Shown piece after piece: positions 46,914 through 49,713 of a DNA stretch of 49,713 nucleotides (the stretch's first letter is position 1; every line of letters starts with the position of its first letter). The notes beneath the pieces are model-generated. The model was not told the DNA's origin and made no database searches. It worked only from the letters and a program-made list of their open reading frames with translations. A program made the translations under genes and the position numbers. The stretch is from Girardia tigrina (Eukaryota): assembly GCA_001938485.1 (NCBI GenBank), contig MQRK01184077.1, forward strand, positions 66,517-116,229, read 5' to 3'.

Positions 46914-48194
46914 TTAGGGTGAACCAAAAGTCTTTTCGTATTTTTTATTAAAAATTTAAACATAATTTTACAACAAATAAAAAGCATTTAAGTTTCAAAG
47001 TAAAGGCCATTTGAATCTATAGCTTGAACCCATCTCTGGGCAAGTTGTGCGATCTCGCTGCGGTACCAATCCTTGTTCTTAGAAGCGAAGAACTGGTGAC
47101 ACCCGTTTTCTACCTCGGCCAGATTATTGAAGCTGCGACCACGAAGATAGTGTGCCATAGAGCGGAAAAGGTGATAGTTGGATGGCGCAAGACGCGGACT
47201 ATACGCTGGGTATGGAAAAAGTTCAAAGGCGTCGAGATTTTTGATTTTATTCCTTTGTTTGTTTGGTGGTGTGCGGTTTTGCATTGTCCTGTTGTAGAAG
47301 AACTCGCTTTCGATTGATCAAAGCGGGGTATTTCTCGCCAACTGCAGCATACATTCGATCATGTTTGGCGTAGTAAAGGTCAGCGTCGATGGTACGACCA
47401 TTTGGAACCATTTCGAAGTGAATCACGCCTTCGAAATTCAACCAAACACACAAAAGGACCATCTTTGAGAAACGATCTCGTTTCGCTACCGGTTTCGCCA
47501 TTTGTCCGGAGTCCACCCATTGATTTTGTTGGTCTGGATTACTGAAGTACACCCACTTTTCATCGCAAGTTACAATTCGACGAATGAAACGGTTATGGCA
47601 CGGATTTTCAAGCAATTTTTGACAAATTTCGAAACGCTTTTCGGCTTGAATTTGTGTCAATTAATGAGGCACTTCTCGACATCATCTATTGACCTTGCCA
47701 AGAGCGTGAATTCGTACAATGAATGTTTGAGGAATATCGAGTTCGGCCGACAATCTGCGAGTAATTATTGAGGATTTGTCTCGACGGCTTCTCAAATTGC
47801 TCCGGAATCTACGGTGATAGGTCAGCCTGAACGTGCATTGTCTCCGAGGTCAATGTCGCCTTCGTTGAACCTTTAGAACCAATTTTGTGCAGTACGATTT
47901 GAGACCACATTATCGCCTTCAACTTCGCATATCTTCTTTGTTGCTGCAGTTGCGTTTACGCCCTGTTTCCAGTAATGCCGTAAAAGAACACGAATTTCAA
48001 AATTTTCCTGATTTTTTAAAAGACCATAAAACTTATATTAACGACTAATTAGAAGTTTTAATATATATTGTGATAGAGCAGTTCAAGAGCTTTAAGAACA
48101 TATAACACATGTATATAAAATATCTTTATTTGGTAATAAGAAACAATTGAACAAAAAGTCGTAAAAATACGAAAAGACTTTTGGTTCACCCTAA
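46914..48194 (-). mobile_element. Full-length mariner (DD34D), inactive
   Basis: Perfect 32-bp TIR ttagggtgaaccaaaagtcttttcgtattttt with TA flanks; TCDEKW, QQDNAKPH, YSPRLAPSNY; stops and frameshifts. Confidence 0.95.
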
Positions 48195-49489
48195 TATTAA
48201 TGATACAGTTTTGTATAATAATGCCACGGAAGCTCATTGAAAATTCTTGAAAATGCAAATAACAACTGGCTTTCTTTTGATGATATAGAGGAGGAAAGGT
48301 CAGCAAAACTAATAGTCTTCTTTTTATGGTTATAATACTTATTTTTTGTTTATCCAGAGGTAATTTTTCTATCTTTTGCTGTATTTGATAATAAAATTTT
48401 TCTCATCACATAATTAAATTCAAATATTTAAAGTAATATTCAAATTCAAGCTAAAATGTCTGTGCCAATAAAATTTAATATCGATGAATGCGTTATATCA
48501 ATCATATTTTGTGTATCATTTTATTATTTTTTACATTTTATACATAAAAATGGAGTAAGAATCGTTTATAAATCTAAAGTAACTAATGAAATGAAGTAAC
48601 GAAAACATGAATACTTCCTTAAATATATTTTTTACAATAAAATAAAAATTTAAATTTCATAAATGGTAATGTTGAAAAATGTAATATTGTGAAAAACCTT
48701 TTTAAATATGATTAAAATGAATTGCTTATTGTAAATGAGTGAGGTTTTGCAAATAAGAGTAATTTACAATAGTTTATGTATATATTGATTGGCGCCGGCA
48801 CCAATGGGCAAGGGGGGGGGGGCATTTGACCCCCTGGAAAATCGAACATTCTTAATTTATTTTAAATTCTTTAATTTATCATTAAAAAATTAATTTTTAA
48901 ATTATAGCGTTACGACAACATTTAATATTTGAAATTTTTCCAACACTACTGTAATAATAAGTTTACTAGATAGAGCATAAAACTTCTTTTTCATATTAAA
49001 CAATTTCATCTGGGGTCCAGATCTCGAACTGCCTTACAGTTTAAAATGTAAAATTTTTTTAATTATTATTTTGTAATTAAATTTTATAATTATGTTAATT
49101 GTTTCTGTTTAAATAACGTTTTGAAATGCGCTTTTTTTAAATCGCTATTATAAGTATGTAAATTTCTTGGTTTTTTAATTTTCCTTTTAGAATATTATTG
49201 TAATTGTTAGGTTGGGAAATATCTTCCATTCTAAATCAAAACAAATTAACAACTTGCAAAAATTTATTAATCTACAACAGTTTAAATTTGTTATTTAAAC
49301 AAATTTATTTTTTTATTTTCTTTTTTTTNNNNNNNNNNNNNNNNNNNNNNNNNNNNNNNNNNNNNNNNNNNNAAATTTTTAAAAACCAAAATTCTTATTT
49401 CTGAAAATTAAAAAATTAACAATAACACTCTCTTACACCCCCGCACGCAAGAATTTTTTAATTTTCTCAACATTTCTTTCACATGTTTT

Positions 49490-49713
49490 ACCAGAAAGAA
49501 ATATCTGGTAAAAAAAATATCTTCTATCATGTACTTTTCGAACTACTTTATATTGCCCATCGTATCTCCCTTGATCTTTTGTTCGAGATTATATTTTTAC
49601 CAATACATCATCTCCTGGGAAGAATTGTCTTCGCGTGATAGGCTCCTAGTCCCGCTCATATTGAAATGTCTTGCTATTTTTTCCATCCCATTTCTCCCTG
49701 CTAATGCGTCTTC
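49490..49713 (-). mobile_element. Gypsy integrase C-terminal fragment running off the window
   Basis: Minus strand RRQFFPGDDVLVK..KDQGRYDGQYKVVRKVHDRRY (GPY/F-type module). Confidence 0.6.

Noticed and set aside
48790-49460. hAT-like MITE start (attggcgccggcacc..ggggcatttgaccccc)
   Set aside because: No matching right TIR or TSD could be identified.
44511-49713. Downstream ITPR transmembrane exons
   Set aside because: No matching peptide was found; the next exon is presumably beyond the window.

Overview
Very AT-rich eukaryotic (invertebrate metazoan) genomic DNA; not prokaryotic. The backbone is the middle part of an inositol 1,4,5-trisphosphate receptor gene (ITPR/IP3R) on the + strand. 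I traced by hand 32 coding exons from 2876 to 44510 (5443 nt, about 1814 codons), all joined by GT-AG introns with consistent phases. They run from the end of the beta-trefoil part of the IP3-binding core through the ARM/RIH domains to just before the transmembrane region; the 5' exons and the channel exons are not in the window. Intron sizes are strongly bimodal (16 of 43-72 nt, two of about 170 nt, 13 of 1-4.3 kb) and 5' splice sites are very degenerate. The long introns hold many transposon relics: mariner DD34D (x4), Tc1 DD34E, maT/DD37D-like (x2), DD41D, pogo (x2), hAT and piggyBac-type MITEs, Penelope GIY-YIG fragments, Gypsy LTR fragments, a Mutator-like fragment and Helitron/Helentron-like pieces. 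I found no clearly new biological system. The best leads are the splice-site degeneracy, an internally inverted mariner with inverted breakpoint duplications, hammerhead-like cores in an inverted repeat, a TIR element sitting in a (TA)n tract, and an ITPR exon bracketed by the two parts of a repeat unit.
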